NCBI GenBank assembly: GCA_045589515.1 | Contig: JAZNPH010000025.1 | Location: 4,034-68,033, forward strand | DNA: 64,000 bases | Direction: 5' to 3' | Source of the DNA: Eubacteriales bacterium | GTDB taxonomy: Bacteria > Bacillota > Clostridia > Oscillospirales > CAG-382 | Shown here: positions 1 to 9,407 of the stretch, piece after piece | Layout: every line of letters begins with the position of its first letter | Numbering within the stretch: position 1 is the stretch's first letter | Program-made: the position numbers and the translations under genes | The notes under the pieces: model-generated | Database searches by the model: none | What the model was told of the DNA's origin: nothing | Seen by the model: only the letters and a program-made list of their open reading frames with translations

Positions 1-180
1 AATGCGGGGTTTTACTTCCTGCCCAACGGTGAGGTATTCCTCCACATCGGAAACATAAACATCCGAGACTTGGGAGATATGGATCAGACCGCTGCTGCCA
101 TCCTCAAGTCTGACAAAAGCACCGAACTTGGTAATCCCGGTGACCTTGCCTTTACACGTCCTGCCTGCTTCCGCCTGCAT
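1..180 (-). CDS. S1 RNA-binding domain protein (YabR-like), N-terminal part only; the gene runs off the left edge
   Basis: My own minus-strand translation from the ATG at 178-180 gives MQAEAGRTCKGKVTGITKFGAFVRLEDGSSGLIHISQVSDVYVSDVEEYLTVGQEVKPRI, a classic S1/OB signature (FGAFV...GLIHISQ). The RBS GGGAAGGGGG lies 6 nt upstream. The position after divIC matches the Bacillus yabQ-divIC-yabR order. Confidence 0.7.
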   Translation of the reverse strand, partial: MQAEAGRTCKGKVTGITKFGAFVRLEDGSSGLIHISQVSDVYVSDVEEYLTVGQEVKPRI

Positions 181-211
181 GGACTGCCCCCTTCCCTTTC
201 CGGGTTAGCGT

Positions 212-493
212 TTATTCGGCGATATCGTTGTAGAAAAGAATCTCGTTGGGATAACGGTAATTCAATTTCTCTCTGGCATAGCGCTCGATATAAGCCGCAT
301 TGGTTTCTTCGGATAAACGATACTTGGTCTCCTCGATATCATCCTGCAGGTCGGCAATGTCGCTTTCCAGCTGTGCACGTTCTCTGCGGAGGGTATTGAG
401 ACTCAACTGCATATTGATCACGGAAATGAACAGGACCACAAGGATCCCGCCCAAAGCGAATTTAACCGCCAGACTGGTTCTTTGACGTTTCAT
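212..493 (-). CDS. divIC: Septum formation initiator, FtsB/DivIC family
   Basis: The ORF is 212..583. The likely true start is the internal ATG at 491-493 (MKRQRTSLAVKFALGGILVVLFISV...). It has one N-terminal TM helix followed by a coiled coil (RRERAQLESDIADLQDDIEETKYRL) and the conserved ARE.L....P.E tail. It is syntenic with yabP/yabQ. Confidence 0.75.
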   Translation of the reverse strand: MKRQRTSLAVKFALGGILVVLFISVINMQLSLNTLRRERAQLESDIADLQDDIEETKYRLSEETNAAYIERYAREKLNYRYPNEILFYNDIAE

Positions 494-923
494 CTTCCGT
501 TCTCCTTTTGAAATGACTTCTTGTGCCAAGCCCCTTACGGGCGTGGACGGACATAACGTACGTACGCATCCAAGTACGTACAAACCCTTTTATATACCGA
601 ACAGGCGGACCGAGCCGACGGGAAAGGCCTAAACAGATCCGACGAAACAGCCTGCCCAAGGTAAAGTACCAAATGACGAACCCCAAAATCAATCCGGGAA
701 AAGCGAAGAACCGCATCCTCCCGAAGGAAAGATTGAAAAACAACAGCATCATGCATACCGAGCAGATACAGGCAAAGAGAAGATCCTCAATGCAGATCAG
801 CCAAGCAGTACGCGGGTGCAAACGATGAAAGATCCGAAAAAATTCGTACACAAAGCCCAGAAACGCCCCAAGAAGCAAAGACCACAGAGCAAGCAGACTA
901 TGGAGAAGATAGTTGGTGCTCAT
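462..923 (-). CDS. yabQ: Spore cortex biosynthesis protein YabQ-like membrane protein
   Basis: The 153-aa protein is very hydrophobic with several TM helices. It lies immediately downstream of yabP (4-nt ATGA overlap) and upstream of divIC, as in Bacillus. The call rests mainly on synteny and topology. Confidence 0.6.
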   Translation of the reverse strand: MSTNYLLHSLLALWSLLLGAFLGFVYEFFRIFHRLHPRTAWLICIEDLLFACICSVCMMLLFFNLSFGRMRFFAFPGLILGFVIWYFTLGRLFRRICLGLSRRLGPPVRYIKGFVRTWMRTYVMSVHARKGLGTRSHFKRRTEDETSKNQSGG

Positions 924-1192
924 GCGCCGAAGAATCTGCCCAAGCCTTTCTTGCGGGGTTTGGAGTCATCCAGGTACAGGATCGTCTCCACACAGCCGCA
1001 AACGGTGATCTCGCCGTTTTCCAGAGACAAGCTGCTGACGGAAAGATCGGCTCCCCCAACACTCAATACCGTATCCCCCAAGGACATGGTAACGTTGGTT
1101 TCGTCGAAACTCAAAACCTCCTGCACCGCGGTGATCTTCAAAACACGGCGATCGGTTAGAGACAAGCTGTGGATGGGTGTTTGTGTATTCAT
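920..1192 (-). CDS. yabP: Sporulation protein YabP
   Basis: The ORF is 920..1210 (GTG). The ATG at 1190-1192 has the RBS AGAAAGG about 8 nt upstream. The sequence MNTQTPIHSLSLTDRRVLKITAVQEVLSFDETNVTMSLGDTVLSVGGADLSVSSLSLENGEITVCG is typical of the YabP/YqfC family. Confidence 0.7.
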   Translation of the reverse strand: MNTQTPIHSLSLTDRRVLKITAVQEVLSFDETNVTMSLGDTVLSVGGADLSVSSLSLENGEITVCGCVETILYLDDSKPRKKGLGRFFGA

Positions 1193-1258
1193 AGGCAAAA
1201 CCTTTCTCACATTTTTGAAATGATCCTACGGTTTCAGCTTATGAAGGAAGAATGGAAT

Positions 1259-1501
1259 TTATGACAGGATCTCGTACATCTCAGCGGCTTCCGCCTTACC
1301 GACGTGATCGTTGACGGATAAAACCTTCAGACGGGTGGTACGATTTCCGAAGGTGATCTCCAGAATATCCCCAACCTTTACGTCGTAAGAAGCCTTTGCA
1401 CGGCGGCCGTTTGCCAAAACGAGAGACTCATCGCAAGCCTCGTTGGCTACTGTGCGCCGCTTGATGATGCGGGAAACCTTTAAAAATTTATCTAATCGCA
1501 T
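1259..1501 (-). CDS. S4-domain RNA-binding protein (YabO/Hsp15-like)
   Basis: MRLDKFLKVSRIIKRRTVANEACD...V.NG..AK.S..VK.GD is the S4 alpha-L motif. The 80-aa size and the position next to yabP match Bacillus yabO. Confidence 0.75.
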   Translation of the reverse strand: MRLDKFLKVSRIIKRRTVANEACDESLVLANGRRAKASYDVKVGDILEITFGNRTTRLKVLSVNDHVGKAEAAEMYEILS

Positions 1502-1507
1502 ACTCTC

Positions 1508-1546
1508 AAAAAAGATATATTACCGGGTGATATACTCACCCGGTAA
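1508..1546 (-). terminator. Rho-independent terminator downstream of hup
   Basis: There is a perfect 11-bp stem, TTACCGGGTGA / TCACCCGGTAA (1520-1546), with a 5-nt loop. It is followed on the minus strand by TATATCTTTTTT. Confidence 0.65.
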
Positions 1547-1564
1547 TACATTGTTCAAATGAAA

Positions 1565-1843
1565 TCAGTCTTTTGCAACTGCATCCTTCAGACATTTGCC
1601 GGGTACGAAGGAAGGAAGCTTGGTTGCCTTGATGGTGATGGCCTGATTGGTTCTGGGGTTACGGCCGCTACGCTCTGCGCGCTCCTTAACCTTGAACGTA
1701 CCAAAGCCCGCTACCTGAACCTTGCCGCCGGTAGCCAACTCATCTTCGATTGCGGTAAATACTGCATTCACAGCTGCTTCAGCCTCTTTCTTCTTGAGAC
1801 CGGTGTTGGATGCTACAATTTCGATCAAAGTGGTTTTCGTCAT
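1565..1843 (-). CDS. hup: DNA-binding protein HU
   Basis: The 92-aa protein MTKTTLIEIVASNTGLKKKEAEAAVNAVFTAIEDELATGGKVQVAGFGTFKVKERAERSGRNPRTNQAITIKATKLPSFVPGK has the canonical HU/IHF signature (GFGTF.V..RA.R.GRNP.T). Confidence 0.92.
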   Translation of the reverse strand: MTKTTLIEIVASNTGLKKKEAEAAVNAVFTAIEDELATGGKVQVAGFGTFKVKERAERSGRNPRTNQAITIKATKLPSFVPGKCLKDAVAKD

Positions 1844-1883
1844 GATTGATTACTCCTTTTCAATAATCATAAGTCTTGAGGAT

Positions 1884-1912
1884 ATTATATCACATCATTT
1901 TACAATTTGCAA
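1884..1912 (-). promoter_or_regulatory. Sigma-A type promoter for hup
   Basis: The minus strand reads TTGCAA (1912-1907), a 17-nt spacer, then TATAAT (1889-1884). This lies about 40 nt upstream of the hup start. Confidence 0.5.
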
Positions 1913-1956
1913 GGGGGTTTTTAGAATATTTCCACAAAAATACAGAAATATTGTCA

Positions 1957-2763
1957 CTATGTAACATCTGTTTTAGCAATTTTCCAATAGGTCAATAAGT
2001 TTTCTCTGCTATTATCGACAATCTTCTTCCCGGCCGCCAAACTTTGCGATTCTACGGAAGCAAATCTGCGGAGGTATTTTTCGCAAGCCTTTGTCAGTGC
2101 AAGCTCGGGATCTACGCCATGAAGACGGGCGGCATTCACAGTGGAAAGCAACAGGTCACCGAATTCTTCTTCGATATGAGCGAAGTCATTTTCTGAAATT
2201 GCTTCCTTAACCTCCGCCAGCTCGTCGTCTATCTTGGAAAGGGATTCATCTGCTTCCCAATCGAAGCCGAACTTACGGGACTTCTTCCCCAGCTTGTCCG
2301 CCCGCATCAACGCGGGGAGGGTGCGGGGGATGGCCTGCAAAGTCTCGGTTGCGGTGGTGAAGCTGTGGGACTTGGCCTTGATGGCTTCCCAATCCTTTAA
2401 GGGCTTTCCGTCGCTGTCGAAGACGTGATCACCAAACACATGAGGATGGCGGATGATCATTTTGCGGCAGATCTCGTCGCAGACCTCCTCCAGATCAAAC
2501 CAACCGTCCTCCTCCGCAATACGGGAATGGAAGACCACTTGGAACAAAACGTCTCCAAGCTCCTCGCGCATACCGATGAGATCCTTGTTGTCGATGGTCT
2601 CCACGGTCTCGTAAACCTCTTCCAGAAAGTTCATTCGGATGCTTTCGTGGGTCTGTTCCTTGTCCCAGGGACACCCCTCGGGAGAGCGGAGGATCTCCAC
2701 CACGGTGCGGAGATCTTCGAAGGTATAGCGTTCTTTATTGCAAAGGGTTTCAATTCGATTCAT
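1957..2763 (-). CDS. mazG: Nucleoside triphosphate pyrophosphohydrolase MazG
   Basis: The 268-aa protein has two MazG repeats (EE.YE..E.I......EELGD.LFQV.F. and EE.GDLL). It begins LR.P.GCPWD.EQTH.S. Confidence 0.85.
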   Translation of the reverse strand: MNRIETLCNKERYTFEDLRTVVEILRSPEGCPWDKEQTHESIRMNFLEEVYETVETIDNKDLIGMREELGDVLFQVVFHSRIAEEDGWFDLEEVCDEICRKMIIRHPHVFGDHVFDSDGKPLKDWEAIKAKSHSFTTATETLQAIPRTLPALMRADKLGKKSRKFGFDWEADESLSKIDDELAEVKEAISENDFAHIEEEFGDLLLSTVNAARLHGVDPELALTKACEKYLRRFASVESQSLAAGKKIVDNSRENLLTYWKIAKTDVT

Positions 2764-4420
2764 GTAACAAGCCCTTTCTCACCAAGAAGGAGGCCAATCT
2801 GCCCCCCATGGGGAGCAATCGAACCTCGTCGGCGGTGATGCCCTTGAACAACAGCATGGTGATGACGTAAATGGCGACGGCGACAATCCCCGTAACAAGC
2901 AAAAGGATCAAAGCGTGAAGTCGTCCCGTGCCGTTAAGCACCAGACCAAGCAAACGATAGACAACCGTCGCGCCTCCGCAAGTCAGCAAAGCACACAAAG
3001 CCGGACGGGCAAACAGCTTGACGGGAGAAAGCTGTGCAGTGGTATACCTTGCAAGGAAGAACAGGTTCAGGGTTGCGGCAACGCAGTAGCAGCTGATAGA
3101 ACTGATGGGGGCGCCGTAAATACCAAGGAAGCCCGATACGCCGAAATATTCGATCAAGGCCATGCACACCACGCCTACACCCACGGAGACCATGGGTAAC
3201 CAGATCTTCCCCACCGCCTGCAAAAGGGCGTTGGTGGTGGAAACGATGGCCATGAAAATAATACCTACGGCAAGGATCATCAAAGTCCCCGAGGAAACCG
3301 TCAAGGCGTCGATGCGGGTGTATTGATTCAAAGCACCCTGATACAGGATGGAAAGGCAGGAGGGCGCTGTAGCGATCAGGAAGGCCGCGCTGGGCAAGCC
3401 AATAATTGCGCTGATGCGGATGGACTGGACGATGCTGTTGTTGGCGTTCTTGATATCCTTAACGGACAACGCGGCGGAAACCAAGGGTAACACGCTGATG
3501 GCGATGGGATAGATCAGCGTGGAAGGTAACAGATCCGCAATGGCGGTGGAATATGAGGTATACGCCGTGTAAAGGTCTTGAGCAACCTCTTCGGTGGCGC
3601 CGCCGATCATCAAGCACTTTTTGATCAGTACCGTATCAATAAAGGTGGAAAGATACAGCGCGGAAGAGGTGATGGTAGCCGGCAATGCGATGATCAGTAT
3701 CTTTTTGGTGAGTGCAGTGGTACGTTCACAGCCTTCATCCGTTCCTGTAGTGCGTTTTCTTTTGGTGAAAAAACGGTAGACGAACAGGAGGATCATCTCT
3801 AAGAACATCCCTACCGTAATACCGCTGACGGCACAAGCCGCCTGCACGTAAGGAGAATAGCCCGCATTGGCCGCCCAGACAGTAGCACCAAGTCCCAAGC
3901 CCATCTTCAGCGCCGCTTCGATGAGCTGGCCGATGGCGGTGGGATACATATTGTGAAGACCCTGGTAATACCCACGGAAGGCAGAGCAAACGCAGACAAA
4001 CAGCAAGGTCGGAGCGATTACATAAGCCGCAAGAACGCTGTCATGATGCCCGGTAGCTCCGAAGAAGGGCTTGGCCAGCAGGATCATGGCCGCCATGGCT
4101 GCAAAACCCAGCAGAGTAAATACCGTTAAGGCCACACGAAAGGTACGCTGTACCTCCTTTTCTCTGCCCTGCTTGGCAGATGCGGAGATCATACGACTGA
4201 TGGCCACCGGCAAACCACTGGTAGAGACCATATACAGCATAGCGTACAAGGAGTATGCCGCGCTGAAGATGCCCATGTGCTCGCCAAGGATATTGGCAAG
4301 GGGGATCTTAAACAGAACCCCGATGATCTTCACAACAAAGCTGGAAACGGAGATGATCCCCGCTTCCACCAAAAAACTTTTATTCTTTTTTTGTCCTTGT
4401 GCTTTTTCCAATTCAGACAT
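2750..4420 (-). CDS. MOP-superfamily polysaccharide/lipid II flippase (SpoVB/YabM/MurJ-like)
   Basis: The 556-aa polytopic membrane protein has about 14 TM helices. The N-terminus (F.V.AGIIS.SSF..KIIG..FKIPL.NILG) is typical of the SpoVB/polysaccharide biosynthesis family. The yabM position next to mazG is conserved. Confidence 0.75.
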   Translation of the reverse strand: MSELEKAQGQKKNKSFLVEAGIISVSSFVVKIIGVLFKIPLANILGEHMGIFSAAYSLYAMLYMVSTSGLPVAISRMISASAKQGREKEVQRTFRVALTVFTLLGFAAMAAMILLAKPFFGATGHHDSVLAAYVIAPTLLFVCVCSAFRGYYQGLHNMYPTAIGQLIEAALKMGLGLGATVWAANAGYSPYVQAACAVSGITVGMFLEMILLFVYRFFTKRKRTTGTDEGCERTTALTKKILIIALPATITSSALYLSTFIDTVLIKKCLMIGGATEEVAQDLYTAYTSYSTAIADLLPSTLIYPIAISVLPLVSAALSVKDIKNANNSIVQSIRISAIIGLPSAAFLIATAPSCLSILYQGALNQYTRIDALTVSSGTLMILAVGIIFMAIVSTTNALLQAVGKIWLPMVSVGVGVVCMALIEYFGVSGFLGIYGAPISSISCYCVAATLNLFFLARYTTAQLSPVKLFARPALCALLTCGGATVVYRLLGLVLNGTGRLHALILLLVTGIVAVAIYVITMLLFKGITADEVRLLPMGGRLASFLVRKGLLHESN

Positions 4421-4426
4421 AAAAAA

Positions 4427-5248
4427 TCAAATAAACTCTCTTAACAAAGAATCCTCCGGTACTGCGCTGTCCGGCAACAGAGGGATGGGCTTTAAGATCT
4501 CAATGAGCTCTTTTGCCTGATTAGCGTGGGAATGACCCGCAGGGAGCTGTTCCAGCAGTTCGATGGCATCATCTGCCAAAATGCTGCGTTCGTAATCGAA
4601 GAAGGTGTTGATCTTGGCATCCGCAAGGTACACGAAGGGCTCGATGGTCTCCTTCTCAGAGCTGCGGACGGTATCCCACTGGTCGAAGGTCTGAGCCGCG
4701 TCTGCGGCACGGTAGCGGGAATCTCTCACCAAACGGCGCAAAAGACGGCCGTCGATGCCATCCTCCGCCTCGGAATACAGATAGATACGGTATAAAGTCT
4801 CCTCAGACGTCCCCTTGGCACAGATGGCGGGATTCAAGGCGTGAAGACCTTCCACAATGGTGATGCCACCGGGTACGGGCTTTAAGGTACGGTAAGCGTC
4901 GGTACGTCGTTTACAGGTAAAATCGTAAAACGGGATGGGCGCCGGCTCTCCAACGGAGAGGAGGTGCATGGTCTCCTGCAACAGATCCAGTCGAAGGCTT
5001 CCCAAGCCTTCGATATCAGGCTTGCCGTTGGGGAGGAAAACCGCGTTTTCGGGGTTGCGGTAATAATCGTCCAGGGAGATGGTGTCCACGTGGCGGCCGC
5101 CTTTTTCGATGAGGCGTGCCAGCTTTTTCGTGGTGGTGGTTTTCCCTGCGCAGGAACCGCCTGCAATGAGAACCAATTTTAACTTCTCGTTTTTGCAGAT
5201 CTCGTCGGCACATTCAAGCAGACGCTGTTCATACAGTTCCTCTTTCAT
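4427..5248 (-). CDS. Uridine kinase/phosphoribulokinase-family nucleoside kinase
   Basis: It has the P-loop IAGGSCAGKTTTTKKL followed by SLDDYY and an IVEG.HALNP segment, as in Udk-like kinases. Substrate is unknown. Confidence 0.6.
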   Translation of the reverse strand: MKEELYEQRLLECADEICKNEKLKLVLIAGGSCAGKTTTTKKLARLIEKGGRHVDTISLDDYYRNPENAVFLPNGKPDIEGLGSLRLDLLQETMHLLSVGEPAPIPFYDFTCKRRTDAYRTLKPVPGGITIVEGLHALNPAICAKGTSEETLYRIYLYSEAEDGIDGRLLRRLVRDSRYRAADAAQTFDQWDTVRSSEKETIEPFVYLADAKINTFFDYERSILADDAIELLEQLPAGHSHANQAKELIEILKPIPLLPDSAVPEDSLLREFI

Positions 5249-5251
5249 TGA

Positions 5252-6742
5252 TCATCGATCCTTTCTTTGATAGTGTGAAAAGAACTCGCGGATCTCCGAC
5301 TCACGGATGCCGTTGTCGGTATCCAGATATTCATAGGGATATTTGGGGAATGCAATGCGGCAGATCTCGTCTCTTGCGGGAGAGACCAGCTTGGTGATAG
5401 CACCTGCGCCGCAGGCAAAGACGGTGGAGTATTCCTCCATCATTAAAACGTTGTAAAGGTTCTCGGTGCCTTCCTTGGCATAGCCCACGTTCTCTGCGTT
5501 GCCGATGATGTTCTTCTGGCGGTAGAGGTAATAGGGCTCCCAACCGGCATCATGCAAAGTCTTACAGGCGTACTCCACACACTCCCTTGCCAAAACTCCG
5601 GCAGGGTCGTAAACTTCCCCGTCGCGGAAGCGAAGCGAGGCGGATTTCTTCACGGATAGGGTGTGGACGGTAATGTTCTCAAAGCCCAGCTCCATCACGT
5701 CGGCAAGACTTTTTGCGAAGCTCTCGCGGGTATCCCCGGGAAGACCTGCGATGAGATCCGCGTTGACGGTATCAAAGCCCATGGACAAGGCTTTTTCCGC
5801 CACGGCAAAAAAATCGGAAACGGAGTGCTTTCTGCCGATGGCCTTCAGCACCTCGTCGTTGGTGGTTTGGGGGTTGACGCTGATGCGGTCAACACCGTTT
5901 GCTTTCAGGATATGCAGCTTCTCTTCTGTGATGGTATCCGGTCTGCCTGCCTCGAAGGAAAACTCCAGAAGATGCTCCTTGGGAAGATGCACGTTCATGC
6001 AGGACAGCAGGTCGGAAAGCTGTTCTTCTGTCAGGATAGATGGTGTTCCGCCGCCGATGTAAACGCTTCTGAGACGGAGACCAAGCTCTTTTATAATGGC
6101 GTAGGTGTTTACGAAATCTCTCTTCAAGCGCTCTAAATACGCGGGGATCAAAGAGAAAAGACGAGGGGTTGCGCAGGAGATAAAGGAGCAATAGTCACAT
6201 TTGGTGGGGCAGAACGGAATTGAAAGATACAATCCGCAATCAAATTCTCCCACATCTTTCAGCATGAGGTTTTCCGTCATGGCGGTCTTCACCGCAAGGT
6301 GTGCCTTGGAGGGCAGAACGTTATAATCCTCGGTAAAGAGTTTTTCCACAGTTTCGGGAGAATAACCGCGATCCAGATAATATTTTGCACGTTTGACGGG
6401 ACGAAGGCCGAGAAGATAGCCCCAAGGGAGGGGGAATCCAAGTAAGGCCTCACCTGCCTGCAGATACGCTTTGCCCAAGGCCAGAGATGCAAAATCGCTT
6501 TCCGTCATGGTGACATTGGGGGTATATCCTGCGGTATGGAAGCAACCCTCCGCGGTACGATCTCCCAAAGTCAGCGCAGTGTGGCAATAAAAGCCGTCCT
6601 CACGCTGTTCCAGAAGGAAAGAAGCCTCTGCAGGGCTATCAAAACCCTCGTGAAACTTTTCCCCGGGGAAATACAGCAGACAAAGGGTTTGGAAATAGTA
6701 ATCGTTAAGATATTCGGTTTTGTTTTGAATGGTCAGTTTCAT
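5252..6742 (-). CDS. hemZ: Radical SAM coproporphyrinogen dehydrogenase HemZ-like protein
   Basis: The 496-aa protein has the radical SAM cluster motif IPFCPTKCDYCSF and a HemN-like core (YIGGGTPS, GVDRISVNPQT). The long N-terminal extension is characteristic of clostridial HemZ. Confidence 0.65.
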   Translation of the reverse strand: MKLTIQNKTEYLNDYYFQTLCLLYFPGEKFHEGFDSPAEASFLLEQREDGFYCHTALTLGDRTAEGCFHTAGYTPNVTMTESDFASLALGKAYLQAGEALLGFPLPWGYLLGLRPVKRAKYYLDRGYSPETVEKLFTEDYNVLPSKAHLAVKTAMTENLMLKDVGEFDCGLYLSIPFCPTKCDYCSFISCATPRLFSLIPAYLERLKRDFVNTYAIIKELGLRLRSVYIGGGTPSILTEEQLSDLLSCMNVHLPKEHLLEFSFEAGRPDTITEEKLHILKANGVDRISVNPQTTNDEVLKAIGRKHSVSDFFAVAEKALSMGFDTVNADLIAGLPGDTRESFAKSLADVMELGFENITVHTLSVKKSASLRFRDGEVYDPAGVLARECVEYACKTLHDAGWEPYYLYRQKNIIGNAENVGYAKEGTENLYNVLMMEEYSTVFACGAGAITKLVSPARDEICRIAFPKYPYEYLDTDNGIRESEIREFFSHYQRKDR

Positions 6743-7191
6743 TTCTTCAAAAGTTCCGCAGTATCAAGGATCAGATTCACAGGGCCATCCAAATGAGCAG
6801 AAATCTGCATATCCGCGCCGAAGATGCCTCGGGCGACGGGAACCGTTTCCGCAACGGCATCGCAAAAGGCGTTATACATAGGTTCTGCCACAGAAGGATG
6901 GGCAGCATGGGTGCAATCGGGACGGAAGCCTCTTTGCACTCTGCCAAGCAGTGTGAAGTTGGAGATGATCATGATCTCTCCGCCTATGTCGGTGGCGGAG
7001 AGGGACATCTTCCCTTCTTCATTCTCGAAGATCCGAAGGCCTGCCAGCTTGGCACTGCCCTTTTTCAGATCCTCCTCCGTATCACCGTCAGCCACGCCAA
7101 CAAAGGCCAGAAGGCCTTTCCCGATACGAGAGACTTCTTTTCCTTCTACCACGCAGGAGGCGCTGTTGACACGCTGAACCACGATCTTCAT
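6739..7191 (-). CDS. dtd: D-aminoacyl-tRNA deacylase
   Basis: MKIVVQRV..ASC.V.G....IGKGLL.FVGV...D...D......K...LRIFE and SNFTL....RG.RP are conserved Dtd motifs. The protein is 150 aa. Confidence 0.9.
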   Translation of the reverse strand: MKIVVQRVNSASCVVEGKEVSRIGKGLLAFVGVADGDTEEDLKKGSAKLAGLRIFENEEGKMSLSATDIGGEIMIISNFTLLGRVQRGFRPDCTHAAHPSVAEPMYNAFCDAVAETVPVARGIFGADMQISAHLDGPVNLILDTAELLKK

Positions 7192-7193
7192 AC

Positions 7194-9395
7194 TTACTGA
7201 GTACCTCTTGTGATTTCATAGACGCCTTTGATCTTACGCAAAGCGCCGATAATGGTATTGGCATGTTCGGTATTGCTGCAACGGATACCGAAATTCAAAA
7301 CGATGTTGTCTCCGTTTTCTTTGGTGGCAACGGAGGTGATCTCCACCTTCATATCTCTCAGCAAAATGGAAACGTCTGCGATAATGCTGGGGGTATAGGT
7401 TGCAAAGATGTTGAGATGGATTTCAAAGCCGCCCAGCGCTCTTCTTTCCGCACGGGCAGTCCAGGAGGCGGTGACCCAGCGGTCGCGGTCTTCCTCCCGT
7501 TTCAGGCCGTTCTGGACGTTGATACAATCGTATTTATGAATGGAGATGCCGTAGCCCTTGGTGATAAAGCCAATGATATTGTCCCCGGGCAAGGGAGAAC
7601 AGCATTTTGCGAACTTCACGGCACAGCCTTCCACGTTGTCCACGATAACGCTTTCGGAGGATTTCTTGCTCTTGCGGTCCTCTCTGGCGGGGCGGTCTAC
7701 GATGTCGGGCTTCACGGGAGCGGGCTCCTGCTCGGGAACAACCTGGCGGTTGAACTCTTCCTTCAGCTTTGTACCCAGCTTAACAATATCCATTCCGCCG
7801 AAGCCGATGCTGTTATACAGGTCGTCTCCTTCTGCAAAGCCCATACGGGAAGCCAGGCTCTGCATGATCTTATCACGCTGAGCCTCGGTATAACGAACGC
7901 CGTAGCGCTTGAACTCACGATCGATCTCCTGCTTGCCCAAGAGAATGTTCTCTTCCCGCATTTCCTTCTTGAAGAACATACGGATCTTGTTGCGGGCCTC
8001 GCTGGAACGAACGTAGGTGAGCCAGTCGCGGCTGGGGCCTTTGGAATTGGGGTTGGTAAGGACTTCCACGATCTGCCCGGTCTGCAGCTCCGTATCGATA
8101 GGAACGATGTTGCCGTTGACCTTGGCGCCTACCATCTTATTACCTACCCCGGAGTGAATGGCATAGGCAAAGTCTACAGGGGTACTGCGGGCGGGAAGGT
8201 TGATCACGTCCCCCTTGGGGGTGAAGACGAAGATCTCGTCCTCAAACAGATCGATCTTCAGAGAATTGAAAAATTCGTCGGGATCTCCCCCTTCGTTGTC
8301 GGATTCCACAAGGGAACGGATCCAACGGAGCTTCTCGTCCAAGCCATGGGTGGCACGCTCGCCGGATTTATACTTCCAGTGAGCCGCAAGGCCGTATTCC
8401 GCAACGGAATGCATTTCCCAGGTACGGATCTGCACCTCAAAGGGAATACCGCCGGAGCCGATAACGGTGGTGTGGAGAGAACGGTAGAGGTTCTGCTTGG
8501 GGGTGGAGATATAGTCCTTAAAGCGCCCGGGCACGGAATTGAATTTCTCATGGATGATGCCCAGCACAGTATAACAATCCAACTCGGTATCCACGAGAAC
8601 ACGCAGAGCGTAGAAGTCGTAGATCTCATCAAAGGATTTGCTTTGGTTATACATCTTTTTATAGATGCTGTAGGTGCTTTTGACACGGCCTTCCAGTCGA
8701 TAATGCACGCCGTAGGAATCCAGACTTTGTGCAACCATTTTGGTAGCCTGGGTCAGGAAGTCCTTGCTTTCGCCGTAACGCTTTTCCGTATCCTTCTGGA
8801 TCTCCGCATAGCCGATGGGATCCAAATAAGACAGAGCCAGGGTTTCCAGCTCCAGCTTGATACGCTGCATACCGATACGGTGAGCCAAGGGTGCGTAGAC
8901 GTGCATGGTCTCCAAAGCGATGGAACGCTGTTTTTCAGGAGAGCGGACGTCAAGAGTACGCATATTGTGGAGGCGGTCGGCAAGCTTGACGAAAATAACG
9001 CGCAAGTCCTTGGACATTGCCAGGAACATCTTGCGCAGATTACGGATGCTGGCTTCCTGCTTGGTCTCGAAGGGGATGTTCAGCTTGGTAACGCCGTCCA
9101 CAATGTCGGCAACGTCGTTACCGAACTGCTTGCGAACGTCATCCAAGGTGACCCGATCGGAGCAATCCTCAACCGTATCGTGCAAAAAAGCGGCACAGAT
9201 GGAATCGGTATCCAACTGGCATTCGTACACGATGGTGGCAACTGCGATGGGGTGAATGATATAATCTTCCCCGGAAATACGCTTCTGGCCGCGGTGTAAT
9301 TCCTCGGCCAGATAATAAGCGCGTTTTATTTTGTCTATGTCGTAACAACCGCTTGCATCACATCTGGCAAGCAATTCGTTTACATCGTATTCCAT
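7194..9395 (-). CDS. relA: Bifunctional (p)ppGpp synthetase/hydrolase RelA/SpoT (Rel)
   Basis: The 733-aa protein has an HD hydrolase domain (HPIAVA..., LHDTVEDC), a synthetase domain (YRSLHTTV, EVQIRT..MH..AE.G.AAHW.YK), TGS, and a C-terminal ACT-like region. Confidence 0.92.
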   Translation of the reverse strand: MEYDVNELLARCDASGCYDIDKIKRAYYLAEELHRGQKRISGEDYIIHPIAVATIVYECQLDTDSICAAFLHDTVEDCSDRVTLDDVRKQFGNDVADIVDGVTKLNIPFETKQEASIRNLRKMFLAMSKDLRVIFVKLADRLHNMRTLDVRSPEKQRSIALETMHVYAPLAHRIGMQRIKLELETLALSYLDPIGYAEIQKDTEKRYGESKDFLTQATKMVAQSLDSYGVHYRLEGRVKSTYSIYKKMYNQSKSFDEIYDFYALRVLVDTELDCYTVLGIIHEKFNSVPGRFKDYISTPKQNLYRSLHTTVIGSGGIPFEVQIRTWEMHSVAEYGLAAHWKYKSGERATHGLDEKLRWIRSLVESDNEGGDPDEFFNSLKIDLFEDEIFVFTPKGDVINLPARSTPVDFAYAIHSGVGNKMVGAKVNGNIVPIDTELQTGQIVEVLTNPNSKGPSRDWLTYVRSSEARNKIRMFFKKEMREENILLGKQEIDREFKRYGVRYTEAQRDKIMQSLASRMGFAEGDDLYNSIGFGGMDIVKLGTKLKEEFNRQVVPEQEPAPVKPDIVDRPAREDRKSKKSSESVIVDNVEGCAVKFAKCCSPLPGDNIIGFITKGYGISIHKYDCINVQNGLKREEDRDRWVTASWTARAERRALGGFEIHLNIFATYTPSIIADVSILLRDMKVEITSVATKENGDNIVLNFGIRCSNTEHANTIIGALRKIKGVYEITRGTQ

Positions 9396-9407
9396 AGAGG
9401 CTTCCTT

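Noticed and set aside
7263-9299. A 678-aa plus-strand ORF lies antisense to relA. Similar very long antisense ORFs occur at 9414-10367, 10428-11363, 14367-15341, 15539-16372, 17378-18235, 20858-22945, 25673-27022, 29192-30694, 42452-44638, 46342-48432, 48442-49533, 49686-51170, 51886-53619, 53852-55507, 55562-58192, 58340-60655 and 60846-61841.
   Set aside because: Each lies opposite a gene with unambiguous family motifs. Their translations are low-complexity (G/V/A/D/H/L-rich), with no recognisable domains, RBS or sensible starts. Stop-free antisense frames are expected from the GC3-rich codon usage here.
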